DNA of 64,000 nt from Candidatus Marinacidobacterales bacterium (GTDB lineage: Bacteria > Acidobacteriota > Vicinamibacteria > Marinacidobacterales > SMYC01), in contig OZ250169.1 in assembly GCA_965237955.1 (NCBI GenBank), forward strand, positions 3,808,001-3,872,000, given 5' to 3'. Position numbers and translations under genes: made by a program. The first letter of the stretch is position 1; the number at the start of each line of letters is the position of its first letter. Shown in pieces: positions 21,022 through 31,161 of the stretch. The notes below the pieces were generated by a model that was given only the letters and a program-made list of their open reading frames with translations, was not told the origin of the DNA and did not search any database.

Positions 21022-21169
21022 AAATGGGCGCGGCTTGAATTTATAGTGGATTGCATCCGCCCCTGAATTGTTGTGCAACAGCACGGCAGGAACCCAAGAA
21101 GGCCTTGTAGAGCTGACCCGAGGTAGTGGCAGAAGTGTGGGTGGTTGTGCGATTGTTCGATTCGTCTGG

Positions 21170-21330
21170 ATCGGGTTTTTTTCGTCCGCGACGGGAAGAG
21201 CCACTCGGGATCGCCCCAGCCCTTGCGCATCGCGTGTTCGCGCAGCGCAGCGACGTGGCCGCGGAGGTGAGCGATGAGAGGTCGACCGTCCTGGCCTCGG
21301 CCGTCTTCGTCGACTTCACCTCGCGTGTCG
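21170..21330 (-). pseudogene. Tyrosine-integrase fragment
   Basis: REVKSTKTAEARTVDLS and, in another frame, KGWGDPEWLFPSR resemble phage-integrase internal segments. Confidence 0.4.
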
Positions 21331-21671
21331 AAAGTCCGAGCCCCCCAAAGTACTCTTGCTCGAGGCCAAGCTCCTCGCTTCGCTGAAGCACGCCTTCATC
21401 GCCACCGAGAGCATGGCCGACGGGATGAGCGGAATTCGCCAATCACGCGTGGCCTGCTTACGAGCTAGGCTAGGGCTAGAAGCGGAACGGATGATTCGAG
21501 GCGAACCCGCTCGCGAGCGATCATTGCCTCCGATCGCACAGGACTTCTCAGCAGACGTTCGGCAGTGCGGGTCACGGTGCGGTCGAATATTGACGAGCGA
21601 CAGGATGCCGACCGACGGCAGGGATTGTCCCGACGCCGGCCATTGGAATAGATTAATAGGTACAACACCGT

Positions 21672-21774
21672 CAGAGATAGTTCGTACAGGGAAGACCAGC
21701 GAATTGAAGATGATGAGCGATACCGTGACGACCGGACGCGTTGCGGATTTGATGTTGTCTCGAAAAGGGATCAT
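21672..21774 (-). pseudogene. Rhomboid-family protease N-terminal fragment
   Basis: MIPFRDNIKSATRPVVTVSLIIFNSLVF(fs)LYELSL, then unrelated sequence. Confidence 0.6.
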
Positions 21775-22975
21775 AGTTTCTCGCTGGGTCCTGGTAGGGC
21801 TTCTGGTCGTATCGTTCCTGTTGGTCGATGCTGGACGGGTGGCGGGTCAAACGATCGAAACGGTGGCTCTAGAAGCATTGTACAGTCTCGATTTTGACGT
21901 CGCCGAAGGAAAATTCCTGCAGCTGATAGAAGAGGATTCGACCAACCCGACTTACTGGAACCTGCTGGCGTCATCCATCTGGCTGAAGATCGTCTACCAG
22001 CAGGAGAAGATGAACCTGGTGGGCTACACAGGTTCCAGGCTCGGGACGAGCGACTCCGAGGACGCGGTCGACGCCGAAACCGAAGCCCGGCTTCGCCGCA
22101 CGCTGGCCCGGGCCATCGAAACGGGCGAGGCGACTCTGACGGATCATCCCAACGACATCGAGACGCTTTACGCGTTGGGGGTCGCTCACGGCACGCTCGC
22201 CGGCTTCGAGGCAACGGTCAAGCGTGCATACTTCAAAGCCCACGGGGAGGCGAAGAAGGCTCGCGAATACCACATGCGGGTTCTCGCGATCGATCCATCC
22301 TACAACGACGCCCGGCTGACGATCGGCACGTACGACTACACCCTGGGCGTGATCCCGGGTTTCGTCCGCTTTCTGCTCGGGTTCATCGGTATCCGGGGCG
22401 GTGACAAGGAGGGCGGTATCGAGCAGCTGGAATATGCCGCCCAACTCGGACGTCGAGCCAGCACGAACGCGAAGTTGGCGTTGGTCGTCGTCTACAAGGG
22501 CGAGAAGGAATACGATATGGCTCTCGCTGTTCTGAACGACCTGCATTCGCGCTACCCGAGGAACTTCCTCCTGGAACTGGTCCAGGGATCCGTCTACGAA
22601 CGCAAAGAAGAATGGGGCCGTGCGAGCGAAGTCTACCGTGCCGTCCTCGCTAAGATTCAGACTGGGCAGGATGATTACGACCGTCTCGAAGTCGACTCTG
22701 TGCTCTTCAAGATCGGTGAGATCAACGTTCACGGGTTCGAGACCGAAGGACTGAGCCTCGACGAGGCCGTGGATGCATTCGAGAAGGTCGTCACCAGCGA
22801 TGAGGCGGGCGACGACCTGAAGGGAAGGTCCCACCTGTGGATGGGGAAGATATTCGACTCCGGCAATCAGCGGGCCGAGGCGCTGGAGCAGTACAACGCC
22901 GTGCTCGTGCTGGATTGTGCCGACGACCTCAAGCGCGAAGCGAGAGACTACCGACGTCGGCCTTTCAAGGGTTGA
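21752..22975 (+). CDS. Secreted TPR-repeat protein (start uncertain)
   Basis: Hydrophobic leader, ALYSLDFD, VLAIDPSYNDARLTIGTYDY, GDKEGGIEQLE, YPRNFL and TPR helices. Confidence 0.75.
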   Translation: MLSRKGIIVSRWVLVGLLVVSFLLVDAGRVAGQTIETVALEALYSLDFDVAEGKFLQLIEEDSTNPTYWNLLASSIWLKIVYQQEKMNLVGYTGSRLGTSDSEDAVDAETEARLRRTLARAIETGEATLTDHPNDIETLYALGVAHGTLAGFEATVKRAYFKAHGEAKKAREYHMRVLAIDPSYNDARLTIGTYDYTLGVIPGFVRFLLGFIGIRGGDKEGGIEQLEYAAQLGRRASTNAKLALVVVYKGEKEYDMALAVLNDLHSRYPRNFLLELVQGSVYERKEEWGRASEVYRAVLAKIQTGQDDYDRLEVDSVLFKIGEINVHGFETEGLSLDEAVDAFEKVVTSDEAGDDLKGRSHLWMGKIFDSGNQRAEALEQYNAVLVLDCADDLKREARDYRRRPFKG

Positions 22976-23132
22976 ACGACAAGGCAAGGACAACGTCCTT
23001 ATCTTTCCGTCTGTAGAACGTAGCGATCGCCGCGACGGGCCAATCCGCTTTCGGGAAAGGCTGCTGAAATATTACTACCGGGAGGCCGCATGAGTTTTTT
23101 GACCACACGAGCATGGGATAAACTCTCTCTTC

Positions 23133-23792
23133 GTGGGAGAGCGAAAGAGCGCTTTTCGGGATACGGTCCTCGTTCTTGGCGCATTGCTCCTTGCCACCTG
23201 GGTGGCTCCCCGGTTCCCCGAATGGACCTCACGCTCTCAGGTGGCGCTCGGCACTCTGGGGCTTGGGTATGTGCTCTGGTCTGCACGACGGGACGGCGTT
23301 CGTCTCAGGTGGGTAGGACTGCGATTCGACAACCTGGCTGTTTCCACATCCATCTACGGGCTCAGCTCGGCCGCGCTTCTCTCTCCGATCTTGGTGAGAG
23401 CCCCCCTTCCGTCGAGCTTGCTCAGTGAAGTTCCCTCCTACTACGTCTTGGCGTTCTTCCAGCAGTTTCTCGTAACGGCCTGCTTTTGGAGGCATTTCCG
23501 GACCCTGTTGCGCCTGCCGCTCGAAGATGTAGCGGGCGCAGGCGGCGAAGGCTTCGCAGCCGCGCTCGGCGCGAGCGTTTTCGCCCTGGCCCACGCTCCC
23601 AATTGGGGCTTGATGGCCCTAGTGTTTCTGGGAGAGTCCTTCTGGCTGTTTCTCTTCGGCCGCTTCCGCAACCTGTTCGCCCTGTCCCTCGCCCACGCGG
23701 GGGCGGCTCTCGTGGTCAGCCACCTGCTCGTCCCATCCTGGTGGCTTCCGTCCATGAACGTGGGACTGGGGTTTTGGCGAGGCGTCCCATGA
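23133..23792 (+). CDS. CPBP/CAAX-protease-like membrane protein (degenerate EE motif)
   Basis: Multiple TM segments; AFFQQFL, FALAHAPN and RNLFALSLAHA. Confidence 0.65.
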   Translation: MGERKSAFRDTVLVLGALLLATWVAPRFPEWTSRSQVALGTLGLGYVLWSARRDGVRLRWVGLRFDNLAVSTSIYGLSSAALLSPILVRAPLPSSLLSEVPSYYVLAFFQQFLVTACFWRHFRTLLRLPLEDVAGAGGEGFAAALGASVFALAHAPNWGLMALVFLGESFWLFLFGRFRNLFALSLAHAGAALVVSHLLVPSWWLPSMNVGLGFWRGVP

Positions 23793-24730
23793 GTGACGCC
23801 GTTGGCTCGGGCCTGGCGTTGGCCTTCACCCCCGCGGCCGCTCTTGGAATCGACAAGCCGGGTTTCGGCGTACCTCTGGTCGCGGCACTCGCGGCTATGT
23901 TCTTGCTGTTGCTTCCCTACTTCGTGTTTGCGGCGGGACACGTGCCCTCCGTCGGTCGGGCACAGGTCTGGTTTTGCGCGATGGCCCTGCTTTTTCCTTA
24001 CCTTGTATATGGCCTCGGCACGGGAGCCCTCGCCGGAGAGGCTTTCGCCCGCCTTCTAGCCTTCGTAACACTCCCGACGGCCATCCTCTTGCTTGCCCGA
24101 AGCGGCAAGACCCCGGGCTTTTGGGACGTCGTGGCGGTTCTGGCGATTTGGCTTCCTTTCGACTTTCGTCTCCTCGAGGGGATTTGGATCTGGCCGGAAG
24201 GACAGGGCTCCTACGGCTATCAGGTCGTGCTCGCCGTGGACCTGGCGGTCTTGCTGTTCGTCGGCTTTCGGGGCGTCGAAGGGGTCCGTTACTCCTTCCG
24301 GCTCGCTCGGGCGGATGCGGCACCGATTTTCGTGAACTTTCTCGTCTTATCCGCCATCGCGATCCCTCTAGGAATTCAAATCGGGTTTATCGCGTATCAA
24401 CCCAGGGCGTTCGATATGGTCGCATTCCTCGGATCGTTTCTCGTTATCTTGATCTTCATCGGCGTTCCCGAGGAGCTTCTCTTTCGAGGTTTGATTCAGA
24501 ACTTCCTGGAGAAACGGTGGGGGCGGGGTTGGCCGGCCCTTTTTGCGGCGGCAAGCATTTTCGGCGCCGCTCACCTCAACAACGGCGACGCGCCGAACTG
24601 GAAGTACGCATTCATGGCCACGATTGCGGGCGTGTTCTACGGCCGCGCCTTCCGACAATCCGGCGCGATTCTCGCCCCGGCCCTCGTTCACGCCCTGGTC
24701 GACGCCGTCTGGCGCGCCTTTTTTCGCTGA
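23789..24730 (+). CDS. CPBP (CAAX/Abi) intramembrane metalloprotease
   Basis: PEELLFRGLIQ, FGAAHL and ALVHALVD motifs; ATGA overlap with the upstream gene. Confidence 0.88.
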   Translation: MSDAVGSGLALAFTPAAALGIDKPGFGVPLVAALAAMFLLLLPYFVFAAGHVPSVGRAQVWFCAMALLFPYLVYGLGTGALAGEAFARLLAFVTLPTAILLLARSGKTPGFWDVVAVLAIWLPFDFRLLEGIWIWPEGQGSYGYQVVLAVDLAVLLFVGFRGVEGVRYSFRLARADAAPIFVNFLVLSAIAIPLGIQIGFIAYQPRAFDMVAFLGSFLVILIFIGVPEELLFRGLIQNFLEKRWGRGWPALFAAASIFGAAHLNNGDAPNWKYAFMATIAGVFYGRAFRQSGAILAPALVHALVDAVWRAFFR

Positions 24731-25290
24731 GCACTTCTGGGGGCGCATTCACGGCCTTTCGGCATCCTATTCCGCCGTATCCGCGATCTAACTATCGCCT
24801 ATTCCCGCTTGAACACCTCTTTTCGGCTACGATAGGACGTGTTTGTGCTGGGTTCGCGCAAGAAGCAACAGCTCGTCAGACAATTAAGTGATTCGTTCGC
24901 TGTTAGTTACAGCGGATGGTGTCGAATAATCTCCGAATCCGAATACCGCGTCCGAAACCGTTCGGTAAAGGCCGAAGGTCCGTCGAGCCCCACCTCTCTG
25001 CCGCTGCCATCCAGCCGAGGCTCTGCTTCCGGACGTGATCTCGCGCTCGCCCGGAGCGCGTCCCCGACACAGATGACAAAGCACAGGCTATTGAGATATT
25101 AAGTCCGAACGGATCGGTGATCCATGAAGCCAAAGGCTTTGCAGAAGCAGATCAATGGGGATCTTGCGAGAAGCGAATGCGAATGTCGCTGTCACCGGGG
25201 CGTTCCCGGAGGTGCGGCAGCATGTTGAGCGCGACGGATGACAAGCAGCAAGCAGATGACAGCAGAGTGGACCCAAGTGGAGTGCGTCGA

Positions 25291-26472
25291 ATGTTAAGAG
25301 GAATCTTGTCGGCTATAGCGTTTTGCTCCCTGTGCCTGCTTGCCGCAGCTGGGCTTCGAACCACATCGGAAGCGAGCGCTACCCAGGCCATTTCAAAACC
25401 GGTTCGTGTTACAACGTTAGCTCACTATGTCAATTGGTACAACGGCACGAATTTTCGTAACGCAACGACGGTTCCCGCCAATGGATTGGGTGAATACGAG
25501 TCAACCGATCCTTACGTGATCGCGTTCCACAAATCAACATTCTTGCAAAGAGGCAAGATACCCCTGATCTCATGGTGGGGTAGAGACGACAGCCGGGGGG
25601 ACGAATTCTTGGATACATTCTTCGCCGTTCCTCCGTTGAACCACCAAGGTGACGTTCAAGTGAGCTTGCTGTATGAAGCGAGAGGAATATTGCTCGAGGA
25701 GAACGAAGAAAAAGTCGATTTCAATCGACAAGAGACGAGGGCACGATTCGTTTCAGACATCATCCATCTAGACAGAAAATATTTCTCGAACCCGGAGCAT
25801 CACGACCGATTCTTCAAGATCGACGGCCGACCCGTCATTTTCGTTTGGTATTCACATGCTTTCCGAGGCCCGTTTCACGAGGCGGCGTCCGACGCTCGCA
25901 AGTACGCCGATTTCTACTTGATCGGGTCGAATTTCACGTTAAGAGGCAATCTTCTCGACGAATGGAAGCAGTTCATCCCCGCGTTCGACGCGATATCTGC
26001 CTACGGCGCCTATGACGAACATTTCTTGGCGGAATACGGAGGTCCAAACGAGAAGTATGTAAGTCAGTACTTCGCCGGAGCAGCTTTGTGGTCTCGATGG
26101 CTTGCAGAAAACGCTCCAGACACGGATTTAATCTTACCGATGTCTTTTGCATTCGACAATTCCAAATCCAACCAACCAACCATCGCATTCTATATGAACA
26201 CCGACGAAGCAACTCTCTTTGCAGAGAAGGTAAGACTGGCAATTGAATGCTCACTATCAGGAAACCCGATATTCGACAAGGTAATCCCGACAATCGTTTT
26301 TGCGTCCTTCAACGAGCATTTCGAGGGCACGCCTCTAGAACGCTCAACTCACTACGAAGACAAGGTCAGGCCGTACCAGGTTTACGGGGACATCTATCGC
26401 GACATTTTCTTGAGTCCGATAGCAGCTCGTACATACGTTGACCCGGCCAGATGTGAAGGTCTCCTCTACTAG
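25291..26472 (+). CDS. Secreted GH99/GH71-like glycoside hydrolase
   Basis: Signal peptide, AHYVNWY, LISWWG, IDGRPVIFVW and SFNEHFEGT (ExxE); visibly lower GC than the flanking genes. Confidence 0.65.
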   Translation: MLRGILSAIAFCSLCLLAAAGLRTTSEASATQAISKPVRVTTLAHYVNWYNGTNFRNATTVPANGLGEYESTDPYVIAFHKSTFLQRGKIPLISWWGRDDSRGDEFLDTFFAVPPLNHQGDVQVSLLYEARGILLEENEEKVDFNRQETRARFVSDIIHLDRKYFSNPEHHDRFFKIDGRPVIFVWYSHAFRGPFHEAASDARKYADFYLIGSNFTLRGNLLDEWKQFIPAFDAISAYGAYDEHFLAEYGGPNEKYVSQYFAGAALWSRWLAENAPDTDLILPMSFAFDNSKSNQPTIAFYMNTDEATLFAEKVRLAIECSLSGNPIFDKVIPTIVFASFNEHFEGTPLERSTHYEDKVRPYQVYGDIYRDIFLSPIAARTYVDPARCEGLLY

Positions 26473-26539
26473 CAGACCGCTGCTCGCGTTTCGCGCTCAC
26501 ATCTGATTCCTTCGAAGGAGCCCGATGCTGGAATCCGCT

Positions 26540-26640
26540 AGATATCCGTCAAGCAGCGCGACTGGCGCACCCATCTGAGCGCTTTCGAAGAGTCGGTGGA
26601 CCGCGACACGCGGCTCATCGCCATCACGCTGGTGAGTCGA
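26540..26640 (+). pseudogene. Class-V aminotransferase fragment
   Basis: VKQRDWRTHLSAFEESVDRDTRLIAITLVS, with no start or end. Confidence 0.45.
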
Positions 26641-26822
26641 AGCGCTTGCCGGAGTCAAGAGCGATTCGTGCACCAAAGCCATGGCGCTCCCGAGCTACCC
26701 GGATTAAACTTCCTCGCCGGTTATCCGGGAGCGAGCCCGGTTGATGGCCGAACGAGCGCGTGAACGAAGTGTGAGCGCGCGGTGATGGAGTTTCTTACCA
26801 ATTACGAATTGGAGGCGTTACC

Positions 26823-29800
26823 ATGCCGAACCTTCCCGGACGTCCGTTGGATTACGTGGCCGCCCTCGCGACGCTCTCGATCCTCCTGGCCCTGCCCGCG
26901 ACGACCGCCGCACAAGCTCGACTGGAGGTTTCCCCCGAGCACTATCAGAATCTCCGTTACCGCTACATCGGCCCGGTGGGGAACCGGGTGGCCTCCGTGG
27001 CGGGTGTACCCGGGGATCCGCTGACCTATTACGCCGGCGCCGCTTCCGGCGGCATCTGGAAGTCGGAGGACGGGGGCGAACACTGGCGCCCCGTCTTCGA
27101 CGACCAGCCCGACCACTCCATCGGGGCGCTCGCGGTGGCGCCGTCGGATCCTAAGATCGTCTGGGCGGGCACGGGCGAGACGCACATCCGCTCGAACGTC
27201 TCCCTCGGCACCGGCGTCTACAAGTCCACCGACGGCGGTGAGACGTGGCACCACATGGGTCTCGCCGGGCCGAGCCGCACCTCGCGGATCGTCATCCACC
27301 CGAAGAACACGGACATCGTCTACGTGGCAGCGCTGGGACACTCGCACGGCCCGCAGGCCGAGCGAGGAGTCTTCCGCACCAAGGACGGCGGTGAGACCTG
27401 GGAGCATGTGCTGTTCGTGGATGAGAACACGGGGGCCTCCAGCCTCGAGATGGATCTGAACAACCCCCGGATCCTCTTCGCGGGGATGTGGCAGATCGAG
27501 ATCCACACCTGGGGTAGCGAGAGCGGCGGAGCGGGCAGCGGGATCCACATGTCGCGAGATGGCGGCGACACCTGGACCAAGCTCGAGGGGAACGGTTTAC
27601 CAAAGCTGCCGGTGGGAAAGGTCGGCATATGCCTGACTCCCGCGGACTCGGATCGGGTCTACGTTTTGATTGAGACAGGCGACGGCGTGCCCTGGCATGG
27701 ACAGGAGACAGAGAGCGGCGAGCTATGGCGCTCGGACGACGGTGGCAAAAACTGGCAGCTCATAACCCACAACCGCAACCTGGGTGGGCGGACCCACTAC
27801 TACAACCACTGCTTCGTGACACCGGACGACCCGGATGAGGCTCTCTTCTTGACTGGCTCGATCATGCGCACGAAGGAGGGCGGGCGAACAGCCACGCCCC
27901 TCTCCGGGCGGCAGCGCCCTGGCAGCGACCACCACGATCTGTGGATCGATCCGACCAACGGGGACAGGATGATCGTCGGCAACGACTACGGTACGGCGGT
28001 TTCGGTGAACCGGGGCAAGACCTGGCACATCGTCCAGCTCCCCATTGCCCAGATGTACCACGTGACCGTGGACACCGCGATCCCTTACAACGTGTTGGGC
28101 AACCGGCAGGACGGTCCCTCGACGCGCGGTCCCAGCAGAAGCCTAATCCACCGTACGTTCCGTGGCACGGAAATGCCCCGGTTGGTGTGGCATGGAGTCG
28201 GCGGCGGCGAGAGCGGTTTCGCGACTGCGGATCCCACCGACCCGAACATCATTTGGTCGAGTGCCTCCGGCTCCGGCGCCGGGGGCGGGATCGTGGTCCG
28301 CTACAACGAGACTAACCGACTGTTCCGTCAGTTGGAGGTCTGGCCGGAGAGCACCAGGGGGTGGCCCGCCGCCGAGCTCAAGTACCGATTCCAATGGACC
28401 TTTCCCTTGCTCATCTCTCCCCATGACCACAAAACCATCTACGTCACCAGCCAGTATGTCCATCGAACCCAAAACGACGGACAGAGCTGGGAGATCCTCA
28501 GTCCGGATCTCACCACGAACGACAAGTCGAAGCAGGGTATCTCGGGTGGTCTGACGCCGCACAACGTCGGCGTCGAGTACTGCTGCGTGATCTACGCGTT
28601 CGATGAGTCGCCGGTTGAACAGGGCGTGCTCTGGGCCGGGACCAACGACGGACTGGTTCAGGTGAGTCGTGACGGCGGCCAAAACTGGACGAACGTCACG
28701 AACCGCATTCCGGATCTGCCACCGGACGGTGTGGTGCGGAGCATCGACGCATCCAGGTGGGATGCGGCGAAGGCCTATGTCGCCATCGAGCATCACCAGC
28801 AGGGCAACTTCGAGCCCCACGTGTACAAGACCGACAACTACGGAGAAGACTGGGAAAAGATCACGAACGGAATCGCGGATAGTCCCTTGAGCTACGCGCG
28901 CTCCATCCACGAGGATCCGGTGCGACCCGGGCTCCTCTACCTGGGTACCGAGAATGCGCTCTACGTCTCGTTCGACGACGGCGCGCGCTGGCAGTCGCTA
29001 CAAAACAACCTGCCAGCAGCACCCGTGTACGGGCTCGTGGTGCAGGAGCATTTCAACGATCTCGTCGTCGGTACTTACGGCCGGGGTTACTGGATCATGG
29101 ACGACATCACGCCGCTCCAGCAGCTCACCTCGGACGTGGCGTCCTCGGAAGCACACCTTTTCGACCCGCGGCCGGCCTACCGGTTTCGGCCGACCACCGG
29201 AGCCTCCATGAGGATGCGCTACGACCCGGCCTCGGGGGAGGAGCCGCCGGAAGGAGCCTCCATTCATTATTGGCTGTCTAAAGAGCCGGAGGGGCCCGAA
29301 GCGCCTGAAAGGAGTGTTCAACTCGAGATCAAAAACGCCGCGGGTGAGACGGTAAGAACGCTCGAGGGCACGAAGGACACCGGCATCAACCGCGTTTGGT
29401 GGGACTTCGAGGGCGAGCCGTCGACCCAGATCAAGCTCAGGACGAAACCGCTGTATGCCGACTGGGTCGATCTCGGCGACGAGCGTACGCGGCGCGCTTC
29501 GGTCCGCCGGATCTCCGTCCTGGAGCCCCCCGGCACGTATACCGTGACCCTCCAGGTGGGCGGCAAGGAGTACAGCCAGAAGCTCCAAGTCCTCAAGGAT
29601 CCGCACACCGAAGGGACGGCGGAGGACATCCGGGTTCAAACCGACATGGTGCGCGAGCTCCGGGACGATCTAAACAGGGCCGCCGAGGCCATCAACCGCA
29701 TCGAATGGATCCGCCGCCAGCTCTTGGATTTGAAAGAGGTGGTGACTGGGCTCGGTGACGCTGAGAGCGTCGTTTCGGACGCCGATGAGCTGTCCGGCTT

Positions 29801-30110
29801 GTTCATCACTCTCGAGGAGAAGCTGCTTCAATTGAGGATCACGGGCACGGGCTCGGACAGCTCCCGCTGGCCCACTAGGCTGGCAAGCCACATCGCGTAC
29901 TTGGCCAGGGCGGTGGCGGTGGCTGACTTTCCGCCGACCGACCAGCATCGAGAGGTCCACCAGGTGCTCAAGGAGCGACTTCAGGAGTACCAGCAGGAGC
30001 TGGAGGGGCTCATGCAGAACGAGCTTCCGGCATTCAACCGGACCCTCGACGAGCGCAACCTTCCCCGGCTGGTCACGGGTCGGGGACGAGCCACGACATC
30101 GAACCAGTAG
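26823..30110 (+). CDS. VPS10/BNR-repeat glycosyl hydrolase-like secreted protein
   Basis: YRYIGPVGNRVASVAG, repeated Asp-boxes (KSxDGGxxW), DHHDLWIDP, RFQWTFP and a C-terminal helical domain. Confidence 0.9.
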   Translation: MPNLPGRPLDYVAALATLSILLALPATTAAQARLEVSPEHYQNLRYRYIGPVGNRVASVAGVPGDPLTYYAGAASGGIWKSEDGGEHWRPVFDDQPDHSIGALAVAPSDPKIVWAGTGETHIRSNVSLGTGVYKSTDGGETWHHMGLAGPSRTSRIVIHPKNTDIVYVAALGHSHGPQAERGVFRTKDGGETWEHVLFVDENTGASSLEMDLNNPRILFAGMWQIEIHTWGSESGGAGSGIHMSRDGGDTWTKLEGNGLPKLPVGKVGICLTPADSDRVYVLIETGDGVPWHGQETESGELWRSDDGGKNWQLITHNRNLGGRTHYYNHCFVTPDDPDEALFLTGSIMRTKEGGRTATPLSGRQRPGSDHHDLWIDPTNGDRMIVGNDYGTAVSVNRGKTWHIVQLPIAQMYHVTVDTAIPYNVLGNRQDGPSTRGPSRSLIHRTFRGTEMPRLVWHGVGGGESGFATADPTDPNIIWSSASGSGAGGGIVVRYNETNRLFRQLEVWPESTRGWPAAELKYRFQWTFPLLISPHDHKTIYVTSQYVHRTQNDGQSWEILSPDLTTNDKSKQGISGGLTPHNVGVEYCCVIYAFDESPVEQGVLWAGTNDGLVQVSRDGGQNWTNVTNRIPDLPPDGVVRSIDASRWDAAKAYVAIEHHQQGNFEPHVYKTDNYGEDWEKITNGIADSPLSYARSIHEDPVRPGLLYLGTENALYVSFDDGARWQSLQNNLPAAPVYGLVVQEHFNDLVVGTYGRGYWIMDDITPLQQLTSDVASSEAHLFDPRPAYRFRPTTGASMRMRYDPASGEEPPEGASIHYWLSKEPEGPEAPERSVQLEIKNAAGETVRTLEGTKDTGINRVWWDFEGEPSTQIKLRTKPLYADWVDLGDERTRRASVRRISVLEPPGTYTVTLQVGGKEYSQKLQVLKDPHTEGTAEDIRVQTDMVRELRDDLNRAAEAINRIEWIRRQLLDLKEVVTGLGDAESVVSDADELSGLFITLEEKLLQLRITGTGSDSSRWPTRLASHIAYLARAVAVADFPPTDQHREVHQVLKERLQEYQQELEGLMQNELPAFNRTLDERNLPRLVTGRGRATTSNQ

Positions 30111-30319
30111 GTCACCCCGGCCTCGTCGATGGCGGCCGCGGAGCTCGGGAAGCGGTGCCTGCATCATTGACTGTTGCGCGCATAAGGGCAAGGCTCTGTA
30201 GTGCAATAGGTTACATCAGATTTTAACGTCACCGGACTTCACCTTGCGCCAAACTAGGCATAAGTCCCGTCCTCGCAAGACGATGTGGACGAGCCAGCAA
30301 CAGTAAACGGAGCAAGCAC

Positions 30320-30587
30320 CCACGTACTGCATGGCGATGAAATGGACGCCGTCGCTTTCACCAATCTCGTAGATAGGGGCGACGTTCGCATGCTTGATGG
30401 CGGACACGGCTTTCGCTTCTCGCACGAAGCGTTCCAGCCGCTCCGGATTCTCGGCAAGCTCGGGCGGGAGGATTTTCAACGCAACAGTGCGATCGAGCTT
30501 GGTGTCCTCGGCCAGATAGACTTCGCCCATCGCGCCCTCGCCCAGTTTTTCGACGACGCGATAGTGCGACAGCGTCTCAGGAATCAA
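30320..30587 (-). pseudogene. Ser/Thr protein kinase N-lobe fragment
   Basis: HYRVVEKLGEGAMGEVYLAEDTKLDRTVALKIL...IAMQYV, then homology ends. Confidence 0.85.
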
Positions 30588-30591
30588 TGTT

Positions 30592-31161
30592 CTATTCCTC
30601 TAGTCCTATGCGGCGCATCAGGTCGGAGAAGCGCGGATCATGATCGATATCCCTGCCTATGGGAGCGACGCGCACGAATAGCAGGTCGCTCGCTCGCTCG
30701 TCGTAAGCTTTCTCTAACCATTCGAAGCTCCGGTCTAGGTCTCCAAGGCCCGCGTAGACATTAGCTCTTTCTAGGGGCGCGACGTATCGAGAATTGGCTA
30801 GCTCTTCCAGACGCTCGAGCACGGCGTGCGCTTCGTCGACGCGCCCCGACTTGGCGTAGGCGTGCCCGAGATTGCCCAGTCCGTATGGCGTGTCGTCGAG
30901 CTCCACCGCCTTCTCGTAATGAGGGATCGCTTCGGAGAACAAACCTCGTAGCTCGTAGTTTTGGCCGAGCCACATGTGACCGAGCGCCCAACTGGGGTCG
31001 AGCTCCAACGTTTTCCGAAATTGCTCAGCGCCCTCCTCGTGGCGACCCGCAACCCCGAGCCACCGCCCGTAAATCAGGTTGATGATCCGCGACAGCGGAT
31101 CGAGCTCGACTGCCATACGTATTTGTTCAATGGCCTCGTCCATTCGCCCGGTGTAGACTAA
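30592..31161 (-). pseudogene. TPR C-terminal domain (kinase/TolB-TPR type), 5'-truncated at ISAzo13
   Basis: GRMDEA...ELDPLS...LGHAYAKSG...FEWLEKAYDER...DPRFSDLMRRIGL. Confidence 0.8.
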
